A DNA stretch of 64,000 nt from an uncultured Gemmatimonadota bacterium (GTDB taxonomy: Bacteria; GCA-2686955), in NCBI GenBank assembly GCA_964490075.1, contig CAZBBK010000028.1, positions 1 through 64,000 on the forward strand. The letters are read 5' to 3'. The notes under the pieces were generated by a model. It had not been told where the DNA came from. It was given only the letters and a program-made list of their open reading frames with translations, and did not search any database. The position numbers and the translations under genes are program-made. This document shows, piece by piece, positions 39,189 to 48,071 of the stretch; position 1 is the first letter of the stretch; every line of letters begins with the position of its first letter.

Positions 39189-40298
39189 GTGCGCATCCTC
39201 TACCTCGGCATCGCCGAAAGCGAACATCTCAGGCGCTGGGTCGGGGCCGCGGCGGCGCGCGGTCACGAGGCGCACCTCGCCAGCTTCGAGCCGGCGCCCG
39301 TCGAGGGCGCCACCCTGCACCCGCTGATCCGCCACGCCGGCAAGGCGCGGCGCTACGCCCGCGCCCTGGGCGACATCCGGCGGCTGATCTCGCGCCTCGC
39401 ACCCGATCTGGTGCATGCACATTTTCTGACCGGCTACGGCTACCTGGCGCCCTGGCTCGGCTTCCATCCCTGGGCGCTGACCCTCTGGGGAACCGACATC
39501 CTCCAGAATCCCCAGCGTTCTCGCGCCGATCGATGGCTGTCGCGAGCGGCGCTGCGCTCCGCCGACCTGGTGATCGCCGACTCGCGCGACGCGCTGCGGG
39601 CGGCGCAGCGCCTCGGCGCGCGCCCCGATCGCTCCCTGGCGATTCCCTGGGGGGTCGAGGTCGACCGCTTCCGCCCGCCGGCGACCCACGATGAGCGGCG
39701 CCAGCTGCTGCGCGCCCTGGAGCTTCCCGACTCGGCCCTGGTGGTGCTCTCGGCGCGCAGCCTCACCGAGCCCTTCTACCGGGTCGAGGACGTGGTTCGG
39801 GGGACTCTGCAAGCGATGCAATCCAGCGACGACCTGTTTCTGGTGGTGGCCGGAGGAGGGGAGTTGCTGGAGCCGCTGCGGGCAGCGGTTCGCGACCATC
39901 CCGGCGCCGCCCGAATCCGTTGGTTGGGGCAGGTCGAGCGACGGCGAATGGTGTCGCTCATGGCGCTGGCCGACATCTACGTCAGCGTGCCGACCCACGA
40001 CGCGACCAGCGTCGCGCTGCTCGAGGCGATGGCCTCCGGCTGTGCCCTGGTCGCCTCCGATCTGCCGAGCAACCGCGAGTGGGTGGTTCCGCTCCCGGGC
40101 AGCGACGCGACCGGCACGCTGGTGCCGGCGCGCGCGCCCGAGGCGGTCGCCGCGGCGATCACGGCCTACGCCCAGGACCGCTTCACCCGCGAGCGCGTCG
40201 CCCGCGCCGCGCGCGCGCGGGTGGTGCGCCACGGGGAGTTCGAGCGCTGTCAGGGGCGCGTGGATCGGGCGTTGCGAGGGGTGGTTCAGTCGCTGTAG
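39189..40298 (+). CDS. GT4 family glycosyltransferase
   Basis: SEHLRRW, PDLVHAH, LWGTDI, DATSVALLEAMASGC, SDLPSNREWV. Confidence 0.9.
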   Translation: MRILYLGIAESEHLRRWVGAAAARGHEAHLASFEPAPVEGATLHPLIRHAGKARRYARALGDIRRLISRLAPDLVHAHFLTGYGYLAPWLGFHPWALTLWGTDILQNPQRSRADRWLSRAALRSADLVIADSRDALRAAQRLGARPDRSLAIPWGVEVDRFRPPATHDERRQLLRALELPDSALVVLSARSLTEPFYRVEDVVRGTLQAMQSSDDLFLVVAGGGELLEPLRAAVRDHPGAARIRWLGQVERRRMVSLMALADIYVSVPTHDATSVALLEAMASGCALVASDLPSNREWVVPLPGSDATGTLVPARAPEAVAAAITAYAQDRFTRERVARAARARVVRHGEFERCQGRVDRALRGVVQSL

Positions 40299-41791
40299 AC
40301 GCCGGTTCGGAAGCCGTCCGAATCGTAGCTGACCCCGAGCTCCGGTCCCACGCTCACGCGCAGATCCCAATCGCCCTCGCCGATCCAGTCCGGCACCCTC
40401 AGGGTAGCGTCGAGACGCTTCTGCTCGCCCGGCTGCAGGTCCGCGTGTCGCTGCTGATCGAGCAGAGTGAGGTGGCCGGTATCTCGATCTTGGGCGGTGA
40501 TGAAGGCCGAGAACGGTCCTGCCGCGTCGGTCCAGTTTCCGACATCGAAGGACAAAGTGTAGCTGATGCCGGGGTCGACCGCCTTCAGAGCCGTATCCTC
40601 GTCGATGGTGACTCCGAAGTCATGAGGATCGTCGGGGATGGACCAGGCCACGACCGCGGTGGTGAAGAACTGCGAAGTCCAGGTTTCGTCGCCGTAGACC
40701 GCCATCAGCGATCCGTCCTGGAAGGGAAGGAACCCGCAGAATTCTGTTGCGGCGCGGATGGTGTTGTTGATGCGGCGGCGTGGCCCGATCGTGCCGGGGC
40801 GGAGCACCTGATAGTGGATGTTGTCGGCGTAGCTGTACTTCTTCGAAGGGCAAAGATAGCCGATCATCATGCCGCTACCGTCGGGCAGCGCCATGAGGGT
40901 GAGGTCCCGGATGTCCTGGAATCTGGTGAATCGATCGACCACCAGTGGGTTGCTCCAGGTGAGACCGTCGTCGTCGGAGTAGACATAGTTCAGGGACTTG
41001 CTTGGAGCGTAGACCACGTGTAGCGAGCCGTCGGCCACCAGGAGGGAGGCGTCGGAGATCCCTGGCTCGCCGTCGGGGGGGCCGATTCTAGAAGGCGAGG
41101 ACCAGGTGACTCCGTTGTCCGAAGACTGAGTCAGGTAGGGATTGCCGTCGCTGACGGTGATGAGACGAAGCGTGCCGCCAGCGTCGATCTCCATGTCATC
41201 GATCCAGCTGTCGCTATCGGGGATGATCTTCGGGATCGACCCCGGAGCGGACCAGGTCTCTCCTCGGTCGGTGCTGCGCGAGACGTATTGCTGGTTGACG
41301 TGTTGGCCGAATCTGTCGGTGTAGATCACCACGAGTGTACCGTCTTGCGGATTGCGCGCCAGCTCGGGGTATTTGGCGCTGGACTCCTCGGTGATGATCC
41401 GAATGTCGCTCCAGATCTCGCCGCCATCGTCGGAGCGCGAGCTCACGATTCCTTCATAGGCGCATGCGAACACGCAGCAGAGTGTGTTGGGACCGTTCAC
41501 GTCCACCGCCAATTGCCCGTCCGCGATGCTCTGGGACCAGTTGAGCCTCCGGAACACCCGTCCGGGCCTCGACCAGGTCGCTCCCTCGTCGTGGGAGCGG
41601 CGCACGAAGAGCCCTCCGGCGCCGGCACTGGCGGTATAGGCGATGAAGATGGTGGCGTCCGAAGCGCGGGCGAGATCGTGCAGGTCCTGGACCTGTTCCT
41701 CGACCGGCGCAACCACGAGGGGATCTTGGAAGTTCTGGTACTCGGCCGCGGCGAAGGCGGCGCAAGCGACGGTGAGCAAGGCTGAGAGCAT
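40286..41791 (-). CDS. Secreted BNR/Asp-box (sialidase-fold beta-propeller) protein with C-terminal Ig-like domain
   Basis: Signal peptide MLSALLTVACAAFAA; five Asp-boxes (SHDEGATWS, SDDGGEIWS, STDRGETWS, SSDNGVTWS, SDDDGLTWS); AGGAG upstream of the ATG at 41791. Confidence 0.8.
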   Translation of the reverse strand: MLSALLTVACAAFAAAEYQNFQDPLVVAPVEEQVQDLHDLARASDATIFIAYTASAGAGGLFVRRSHDEGATWSRPGRVFRRLNWSQSIADGQLAVDVNGPNTLCCVFACAYEGIVSSRSDDGGEIWSDIRIITEESSAKYPELARNPQDGTLVVIYTDRFGQHVNQQYVSRSTDRGETWSAPGSIPKIIPDSDSWIDDMEIDAGGTLRLITVSDGNPYLTQSSDNGVTWSSPSRIGPPDGEPGISDASLLVADGSLHVVYAPSKSLNYVYSDDDGLTWSNPLVVDRFTRFQDIRDLTLMALPDGSGMMIGYLCPSKKYSYADNIHYQVLRPGTIGPRRRINNTIRAATEFCGFLPFQDGSLMAVYGDETWTSQFFTTAVVAWSIPDDPHDFGVTIDEDTALKAVDPGISYTLSFDVGNWTDAAGPFSAFITAQDRDTGHLTLLDQQRHADLQPGEQKRLDATLRVPDWIGEGDWDLRVSVGPELGVSYDSDGFRTGVYSD

Positions 41792-41984
41792 GAGGGGACT
41801 CCTGGATGTGGGGGCGTCGACGAGATCCGTCGACCGCAAGCGCCATGCCAGGCAGCGGGATCGGGAGTACGCGACCAGAGAAGGGGGAAGCCGTCGGAAT
41901 CGCTGACGCTCGATGCCGCTTCGCGTCGGAATCTCCTACAACCGGGGGGATGCGTGGCGCCCCCGGGCCGCACCCTGCGAATCC

Positions 41985-42051
41985 TCCCCAAGGTCGGTCC
42001 ACCCGCGCCGCATGTCCCTTCGGTTTGAAGTTCTTCCCCACCGTTCCCCAC
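41985..42051. promoter_or_regulatory. Putative MraZ operator repeats (GTGGGG-type, on the minus strand)
   Basis: TTCCCCAC at 42034 and 42044 (10-bp period), plus TCCCCA at 41985 in the same phase, upstream of mraZ. Confidence 0.5.
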
Positions 42052-42230
42052 GGAGCTGAAGATCCCGTGCGTACCGCCGAATAGACTGGTTATGAAGAAT
42101 CTACCTCGCTCTCTTTCCTTTTGTTCACGGCGAGATTAGTCTCTCGCCTAGCAAATCGGCTTCAATGTGGGAGACGGTGCACTTCCGTCCCTGCATCCGC
42201 CTCTCCACTCCACCACCCAGGGCTCTCCCG

Positions 42231-42737
42231 ATGGCGCCCGTCTTCGAAGGCTCCAAGACCTCCAAGTTCGACGCGAAGGGCCGCATGGCCTTTCCGGCGA
42301 GCTTTCGCAACCGCCTCGACGAAGATCACGGCGGGGCGATCGTGGTCACCATCGCCTCCGAGGGTTGCCTGGTCGTTTACAGCCCCGACGAGTGGAAGGC
42401 CAAGCGCGCCGAGCTCGAGGAGATGCTGCGCGCCCAGCCGCGCAATCGGCGGCTGCGCCGCTTCGTGCGCATGCTGGTCGGGGCCAAGGAGACGATCGTG
42501 ATCGATCGCCAGGGCCGCGCACTGATTCCCGACCACCTGCGGTTGCGCGCCGGGCTCGAGAGCGACGCGATGGTGGTCGGCTGCCTCGACAAGGTCGAGA
42601 TCTGGGACGGGAAGCTCTACCGCGATCACATGGAGGACGAGGGCCTGGGCACGCTGCAGGAGCTGGAGGACGAGTTCGACACCGCGCCCGCAGCCTCACC
42701 GCCCGACTCGGACTGGATCACGGGGATCGAGCCGTGA
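42231..42737 (+). CDS. mraZ: Division/cell wall cluster transcriptional repressor MraZ
   Basis: FDAKGRMAFPASFR, IDRQGRALIP, VGCLDKVEIWD; first gene of the dcw cluster. Confidence 0.95.
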   Translation: MAPVFEGSKTSKFDAKGRMAFPASFRNRLDEDHGGAIVVTIASEGCLVVYSPDEWKAKRAELEEMLRAQPRNRRLRRFVRMLVGAKETIVIDRQGRALIPDHLRLRAGLESDAMVVGCLDKVEIWDGKLYRDHMEDEGLGTLQELEDEFDTAPAASPPDSDWITGIEP

Positions 42738-43687
42738 GTCCGCCGCAGCCTTTGACGCACCATCCGGTGCTCTTGACGCAGTGCGTCGAGCTGCTGGGGC
42801 GCGACTCCGGCGGGCGCTTCCTGGACGCCACCCTGGGGCTCGGGGGACACGGCCGCGGGCTGCTGCGGCGGGCCGGCGATGACGCACTGCTGGTCGGTGT
42901 CGACCTCGACGCAGGCGCCCTCGCCCGCGCCCGCGAGACGCTGCGCGACGCTCCGGGGCGTTGCTTTCTGCTGCGCTCCTCCTTCGCCTGGATCGACTCC
43001 GTGCTGGCCGGCGCGCGGGGCAGCTTCGACGCGGTGCTGCTCGACCTGGGCTACTCGAGCGCTCAGCTCGACGATCCGGCGCGCGGCCTGAGCTACTCGC
43101 TCGACGGCCCGCTCGACATGCGTCTCACGCCCTCCATCGGTCCCCCCGCGAGCCACCTGGTCAACTCGCTCGAGGTCGGCGACCTGGCCGACCTGATCCG
43201 CAGCTTCGGCGAGGAGCGGCAGGCGCGCAAGATCGCAGGCGCGATCGACGCGGCGAGGCGCCGCACACCGATCTACACCACCGGGGAGCTCGCGGCGGCG
43301 ATCTCATCGGTGGCACCGACCCGTTTCCGCACCAAGACCCTGGCACGGGTCTTCCAGGCGCTGAGGATTCGGGTCAACCGCGAACTCGAGGCGCTGGAGG
43401 AGGCGCTTCCGGCAGCCGTCCGTCTACTGGCACCAGACGGCCGCCTGGGAGTGATCTCATTCCACAGCCTCGAAGATCGAATCGTCAAGCGCTTCATGGT
43501 GCTCTCGGCCACCGACTGCATCTGTCCTCCGGCGCTGCCCGAATGCCGTTGCGAGCACCGCGCGACTCTGCGCCTGGTGACGCGGCGCGTGGTTCGTGCA
43601 TCGCGGGAGGAGATCGAGCGCAACCCACGAAGCCGATCGGCGCGGCTACGAGTGGCGGCCCGCATCCCGGACCGGAGGGCCGCCTGA
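42734..43687 (+). CDS. rsmH: 16S rRNA m4C1402 methyltransferase RsmH (MraW)
   Basis: HHPVLL, DATLGLGGH, DLGYSSAQLD, GPLDMR, FQALRIRVNREL, ISFHSLEDRIVK, NPRSRSARLR. Confidence 0.97.
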   Translation: MSPPQPLTHHPVLLTQCVELLGRDSGGRFLDATLGLGGHGRGLLRRAGDDALLVGVDLDAGALARARETLRDAPGRCFLLRSSFAWIDSVLAGARGSFDAVLLDLGYSSAQLDDPARGLSYSLDGPLDMRLTPSIGPPASHLVNSLEVGDLADLIRSFGEERQARKIAGAIDAARRRTPIYTTGELAAAISSVAPTRFRTKTLARVFQALRIRVNRELEALEEALPAAVRLLAPDGRLGVISFHSLEDRIVKRFMVLSATDCICPPALPECRCEHRATLRLVTRRVVRASREEIERNPRSRSARLRVAARIPDRRAA

Positions 43688-43773
43688 AAAGGAGAGCAGA
43701 AACGACATGACTGAGCGGCCTCGACGGCGTGACCGGGGAGCGATCGTCCGGGGCCGAGAGACAAGGGGAAACG

Positions 43774-44166
43774 ATGAGAATCGATCGCTTGCGCTTCGGC
43801 GGCAGGTTGCGGCTCCTGGTTCCGGCCCTGACCACGATCGGATTGATAGCGGCCACCAGCTGCGCCCGCAACCTGAGCATGGTGCGGGCGATCGAGCTCG
43901 CCAAGCTGGACGGCGAGCTGGCGGCCCTGGAGAACCGCGAGGAGGAGCTCGGCCTGTCGCTGCGGGCGTTGCAGGCGCCGGAGCGGATCGGGCCTCTGGC
44001 GCGCGACATGGGGCTGACCGACCAATGGAACGCGCGACGGGTCTACGCGGTGGCGCCGGCGCCGGCGCGCGGCGACGGCCTGCTGGCGGCGCTGTGGCAT
44101 ACAACTCAAGGGGTCGTCGACGGTCTGATCGGGACCCGCGAGGCGTATGCACTGGATCAACGATAG
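43774..44166 (+). CDS. ftsL: Cell division protein FtsL-like
   Basis: Lies between rsmH and ftsI; one TM helix, leucine-zipper-like heptads, LQAPERIGPLARDMGL. Confidence 0.7.
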   Translation: MRIDRLRFGGRLRLLVPALTTIGLIAATSCARNLSMVRAIELAKLDGELAALENREEELGLSLRALQAPERIGPLARDMGLTDQWNARRVYAVAPAPARGDGLLAALWHTTQGVVDGLIGTREAYALDQR

Positions 44167-44239
44167 GAGCTGCGACCGGGTTTCTCAGCGCGGAGGCGTG
44201 TAGGAAGCAAGAGCGGATCGGGCCCCGGGAGACCGAGCG

Positions 44240-46171
44240 ATGACAGTCGAGGATCGCGGACGCGTGGCGGCGTGGATCGTGCTCGCCGCCGGGGTGGTCC
44301 TGGTGCTGCGCCTGCTGTTGGTGCAGGTCATCGCCGGCGAGGAGCTGCGCCAGGCGGGCCGCGGGCAGCACGAGCGCAGCACGGCGCTCGAGCCGCGTCG
44401 GGGATCGATCTACGACCGCGATCTGCGGCCCATGGCGCACACCGTCGCCGACTCGTCGCCGGCGCGCGGGAGCAGCGCGGTGCCGCTCTCCAGTCGCGGC
44501 GGCCGGGTCTACGAGGGGCGCCGGGCGGCGGCCCACGTGATCGGCTTCATCGGCAAGGATGGGACCGGGCTAGAGGGGATCGAGCTGGAGCGCGACTCGG
44601 CGCTGACCGGGGTCGCGGGGCGCGCTCTCTTGGGGCGCTTCGCCGACCAGCGCACCATCGAGCTGGAGCGCCGTGATCCGGTCGACGGCGGGCACGTGAT
44701 CACCAGCCTCGACCTGGAGCTGCAGCAGGCCGCCCATCGCGCGCTGCGGAGGGGTGTCACCGAGCAGCGCGCGCAGTCGGGCTCCGCGGTGGTGCTCGAT
44801 CCGATCTCCGGCGAGCTGTTGGCGCTGGCCAACTTCCCCAGCTACGACCCGGGCGCGCCCGGCCGATCGCGGCTCGACGCGCGGCGCAATCGGGCCATCA
44901 CCGACGCCCTGGAGCCCGGGTCGGTGTTCAAGATGGTGGCCTTCGCGGCGGCGATCGAAGAGGGCCTGATCGCGGCAGGGAGCGAGATCGACTGCGGCAA
45001 GGGTCGCATTCGCATCGGCCGGCACACCATCCGCGACGTGCACCGCTACCGCGCGCTGCCTTTCGAGGAGGTGTTGGTTCAGTCGAGCAACGTCGGCACC
45101 ATTCGGGTTGCTGAGCGGGTCGGCTCGGAAATGCTCTATCGCTACGCGAAGGATTTCGGGTTCGGAGAGCCGACCGGGGTCGACCTGCCCGGCGAGGCCC
45201 GAGGGATTCTGAACGGTCCCGGGAGCGCCACCTGGTCGGGGCTCTCGCGCGCCTGCCTGGCGATCGGCCAGGAGGTCTCGGTGACCACCTTGCAGATGGC
45301 CTGCGCGATGGGGGTGTTCGCGGCCGACGGTATCCTGGTCGAGCCGCACCTGGTGCTGCGGATCCTGGGACCGGAGGGCGCGCTGCGGGCGCAGGCGACG
45401 CGGCGCCCGATCCGGCGCGTGGTGAGCGCCGCGACGGCAGACCGCATGACGCGGATCTTGACGCGCGCCGTGGAGCAGGGGACGGGAGGGGCTGCGGCGA
45501 TCGAGGACGTGCCGATCGCCGGCAAGACCGGCACCGCGCAGCGGGCCAATCCGGCGGGCGGCTACGAGGGAGGCGGCTACAACAGCACCTTCGTCGGCTT
45601 CCTCGCCGAGCGCACCCCGCCCCTGGTGATCGCGGTGGCGGTGGTCGATCCCCAAGAGGAGTACTTCGGCGGCGAGGTGGCGGCGCCGATCTTCCGCGAG
45701 ATCGCCGACGTGGTGGTGAGCCGCGACGCGGTGCGCGGGCCCAGGATCGAGTCGGCGTCGGCCCTGGAGCGGATCCGGGTCCCGGCACTGGTCGGACTCA
45801 GGGCGCGCGAGGCGCGGGCCGCGCTGGAGCGCCTGGACCTGCGGGCGCGGATCGAAGGCGCCGATCGCTCGGGGCGCGTCGCACAGCAGGATCCGGCGCC
45901 GGGAACCGCACTCACGCGCGGGGCGTCGGTGCTGCTCCTGGCGCAGCCGACGACGGCGCAAGAGGGCGCGGAAGATGCCGCGGTGGTGGTGCCGCGGCTG
46001 GTCGGCCTGACGATCCGCCAGGCGCACCGGGCGCTGCTCGACGCGGGGCTCGCCATGACGCTGGACGGCCACGGCCACGTGGTGGGTCAGCTGCCGGCGG
46101 CGGGGCGTACGGTGGCGCCGCGCTCGGTGTGCGCGCTGCGCGCCCGGCCGCGTCCGGAAGACGCGTCGTGA
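44240..46171 (+). CDS. ftsI: Class B penicillin-binding protein FtsI with two C-terminal PASTA domains
   Basis: RRGSIYDR, GLEGIE, EPGSVFK (SxxK), QSSNVG (SxN), GKTGTAQ (KTG); PASTA starts VPALVGL and VPRLVGL. Confidence 0.93.
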   Translation: MTVEDRGRVAAWIVLAAGVVLVLRLLLVQVIAGEELRQAGRGQHERSTALEPRRGSIYDRDLRPMAHTVADSSPARGSSAVPLSSRGGRVYEGRRAAAHVIGFIGKDGTGLEGIELERDSALTGVAGRALLGRFADQRTIELERRDPVDGGHVITSLDLELQQAAHRALRRGVTEQRAQSGSAVVLDPISGELLALANFPSYDPGAPGRSRLDARRNRAITDALEPGSVFKMVAFAAAIEEGLIAAGSEIDCGKGRIRIGRHTIRDVHRYRALPFEEVLVQSSNVGTIRVAERVGSEMLYRYAKDFGFGEPTGVDLPGEARGILNGPGSATWSGLSRACLAIGQEVSVTTLQMACAMGVFAADGILVEPHLVLRILGPEGALRAQATRRPIRRVVSAATADRMTRILTRAVEQGTGGAAAIEDVPIAGKTGTAQRANPAGGYEGGGYNSTFVGFLAERTPPLVIAVAVVDPQEEYFGGEVAAPIFREIADVVVSRDAVRGPRIESASALERIRVPALVGLRAREARAALERLDLRARIEGADRSGRVAQQDPAPGTALTRGASVLLLAQPTTAQEGAEDAAVVVPRLVGLTIRQAHRALLDAGLAMTLDGHGHVVGQLPAAGRTVAPRSVCALRARPRPEDAS

Positions 46172-47706
46172 GCGCCGCCGTCGATCCCCGTCCGCTGTGG
46201 CCGCTGCTGGACGCCATTCGCGGTCCCGACGCCAATCTGGTCAGCGAGCCACCGCGCGCCCGGCAGCCGAGCTGGAGCGGAGTGGCGCACGACTCCCGGC
46301 GGGTCGCGCCGGGCGACGTGTTCGTGGCGATCAGCGGGGCGCGTCACGAGGGGCTGACACATGCCCGGGAGGCGCTCGCCGCGGGGGCGGTGGCGCTGGT
46401 GGCGGAAGAGGATCCCGGCCTCGACGCGCCGCTGATCCGGGTGCGCAGCGCGCGCCGGGCGCTGGGCCGGGCGGCGCGCTTCTGGGCGGGAGCGCCGTCC
46501 CGAGCGCTGCGCGTCATCGCCGTCACCGGGACCAACGGCAAGAGCACCGTGGCCTGGATGGTGCGCGACCTGCTGCGGCACATGGGGCTGCGCGTGGGGC
46601 TGCTGGGCACTCTGCTCTACGACACCGGCAAGCGCCGCAGGGCCGCACCCCTGACAACACCCGATGCCCTGGAGCTGCAGAGCTTGCTGGCCGAGATGGT
46701 GGAGGCCGGCTGTGACGCGGCGGTCCTGGAGGCCTCGTCGCACGGGCTCGATCTGCACCGGCTGGAAGGCTGCGACGTGCACGTCGGGGTCTATACCAAC
46801 CTGAGTCGCGATCACCTGGACTACCACGGCTCCATGGAGCGCTACCGCGAGGTGAAGCTGCGACTGATCGACCAGGTGCGTCATTCCACCGGTCCCTGGG
46901 ACCGGGCGGTGGTCTACGATCGCGGCGTCGCCGCCTGGAGAACAATCCCCGAGCGTGCCGATCGGCTGCCCCTGGTGGTCTACGACTCGAGCGCCGGGGA
47001 ATGCTGCGAAGGGGCCTACTCGGTCTGCGCTCGGGGCGCCGACCTGCGGGGATCGACCTTCGCGCTGCACGGGCCCGATCTGCCGGCGGCCGGGCTCGAG
47101 GGCCGTCTGCCGCTTCCGGGCCGCCACAATCTGGCCAATGCGCTGGCCGCCCTGAGCGCCTGCGTCGCCTGCGGACTCGATCCCGCGGCGTTGGTCGCGG
47201 GCCTGGCCGAGTTCGGCGGCGTGCCGGGCCGGCTGGAGCCGGTGGCCGGGGGCGCCGGCACGCCGAGGGTGCTGGTCGACTACGCCCACACCCCGGACGC
47301 CGTCGCCCGCGTGTTGCGCGAGCTGCGGCCCTTGGTGCCGGGTCGGCTGATCGCGGTATTCGGCTGCGGGGGAGACCGCGACCGCGGCAAGCGGCCGGAG
47401 ATGGGGCGCGCGGCGACCACCATCGCCGACCTCGCCATTCTCACCAACGACAATCCGCGCAGCGAGGATCCGCGGCGCATTGCAGACGATGTGCTGGCGG
47501 GGGTGGAGGGAAGTTGCGAGCTGATCCTGGACCGTCGCGAGGCGATCGCCCGGGCGATCGACGCGGCGAGCCGGGAGGACGTCGTCGTGCTGCTCGGCAA
47601 GGGGCACGAGGACTACCAGATCGTGGGCAGCGAGCGGCGCGCCTTCGACGACCGCCAGGTCGCCGCGGCGCTGCTCGAGGCCCGCGCGGGGGAATCGCAA
47701 TCATGA
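46168..47706 (+). CDS. murE: UDP-MurNAc-tripeptide synthetase MurE (meso-DAP type)
   Basis: HDSRRV, VTGTNGKST, LTTPD, EASSHGL, TNLSRDHLDYH, VDYAHTPDA, FGCGGDRDRGKRPEMG, DNPR, GKGHEDYQ. Confidence 0.97.
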   Translation: MSAAVDPRPLWPLLDAIRGPDANLVSEPPRARQPSWSGVAHDSRRVAPGDVFVAISGARHEGLTHAREALAAGAVALVAEEDPGLDAPLIRVRSARRALGRAARFWAGAPSRALRVIAVTGTNGKSTVAWMVRDLLRHMGLRVGLLGTLLYDTGKRRRAAPLTTPDALELQSLLAEMVEAGCDAAVLEASSHGLDLHRLEGCDVHVGVYTNLSRDHLDYHGSMERYREVKLRLIDQVRHSTGPWDRAVVYDRGVAAWRTIPERADRLPLVVYDSSAGECCEGAYSVCARGADLRGSTFALHGPDLPAAGLEGRLPLPGRHNLANALAALSACVACGLDPAALVAGLAEFGGVPGRLEPVAGGAGTPRVLVDYAHTPDAVARVLRELRPLVPGRLIAVFGCGGDRDRGKRPEMGRAATTIADLAILTNDNPRSEDPRRIADDVLAGVEGSCELILDRREAIARAIDAASREDVVVLLGKGHEDYQIVGSERRAFDDRQVAAALLEARAGESQS

Positions 47707-48071
47707 TCGAGATCTTGATCGTTGACGACAGCCCGGAGATCCGCGCCTTCATGGGTGAATGCGTGGAGATGATGGGCATGCGGGCCACCGTGGCGGCGAG
47801 CGCCGGCGAGGCCCTGAGGCGGCTGGCGAGCCAGCCGGTCGACCTGGTCATCTCCGACCTGGCGATGCCCGGCATCGACGGCTGGGGACTGATCGACCGC
47901 CTGCGCGGCGTGCATCCCGGTGTGCCGGTGGTGCTGATGAGCGGCTGGGATGTCGATCGCCGGCTGGCCCGCGCGCGCGGGGCCGCCGGTTGGCTCTCCA
48001 AGCCCTTTGGATACCGCGCGATGAAAGAGGCGATCCGTCCCTGGGTCGCCCTGGAGGAAGAGCTGGTATGA
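47703..48071 (+). CDS. Stand-alone response regulator receiver domain protein (122 aa)
   Basis: ILIVDDS (D8, D9), DLVISDLAMPGIDG (phosphoacceptor D52), LMSG (S80), LSKPF (K100); ATGA overlap with the murE stop. Confidence 0.92.
   Translation: MIEILIVDDSPEIRAFMGECVEMMGMRATVAASAGEALRRLASQPVDLVISDLAMPGIDGWGLIDRLRGVHPGVPVVLMSGWDVDRRLARARGAAGWLSKPFGYRAMKEAIRPWVALEEELV

Noticed and set aside
41792-42230. Possible RNase P RNA or other ncRNA upstream of mraZ
   Set aside because: The GAGGAAAGUCC and terminal rnpB signatures are not present on either strand, and I recognise no tRNA or riboswitch consensus.
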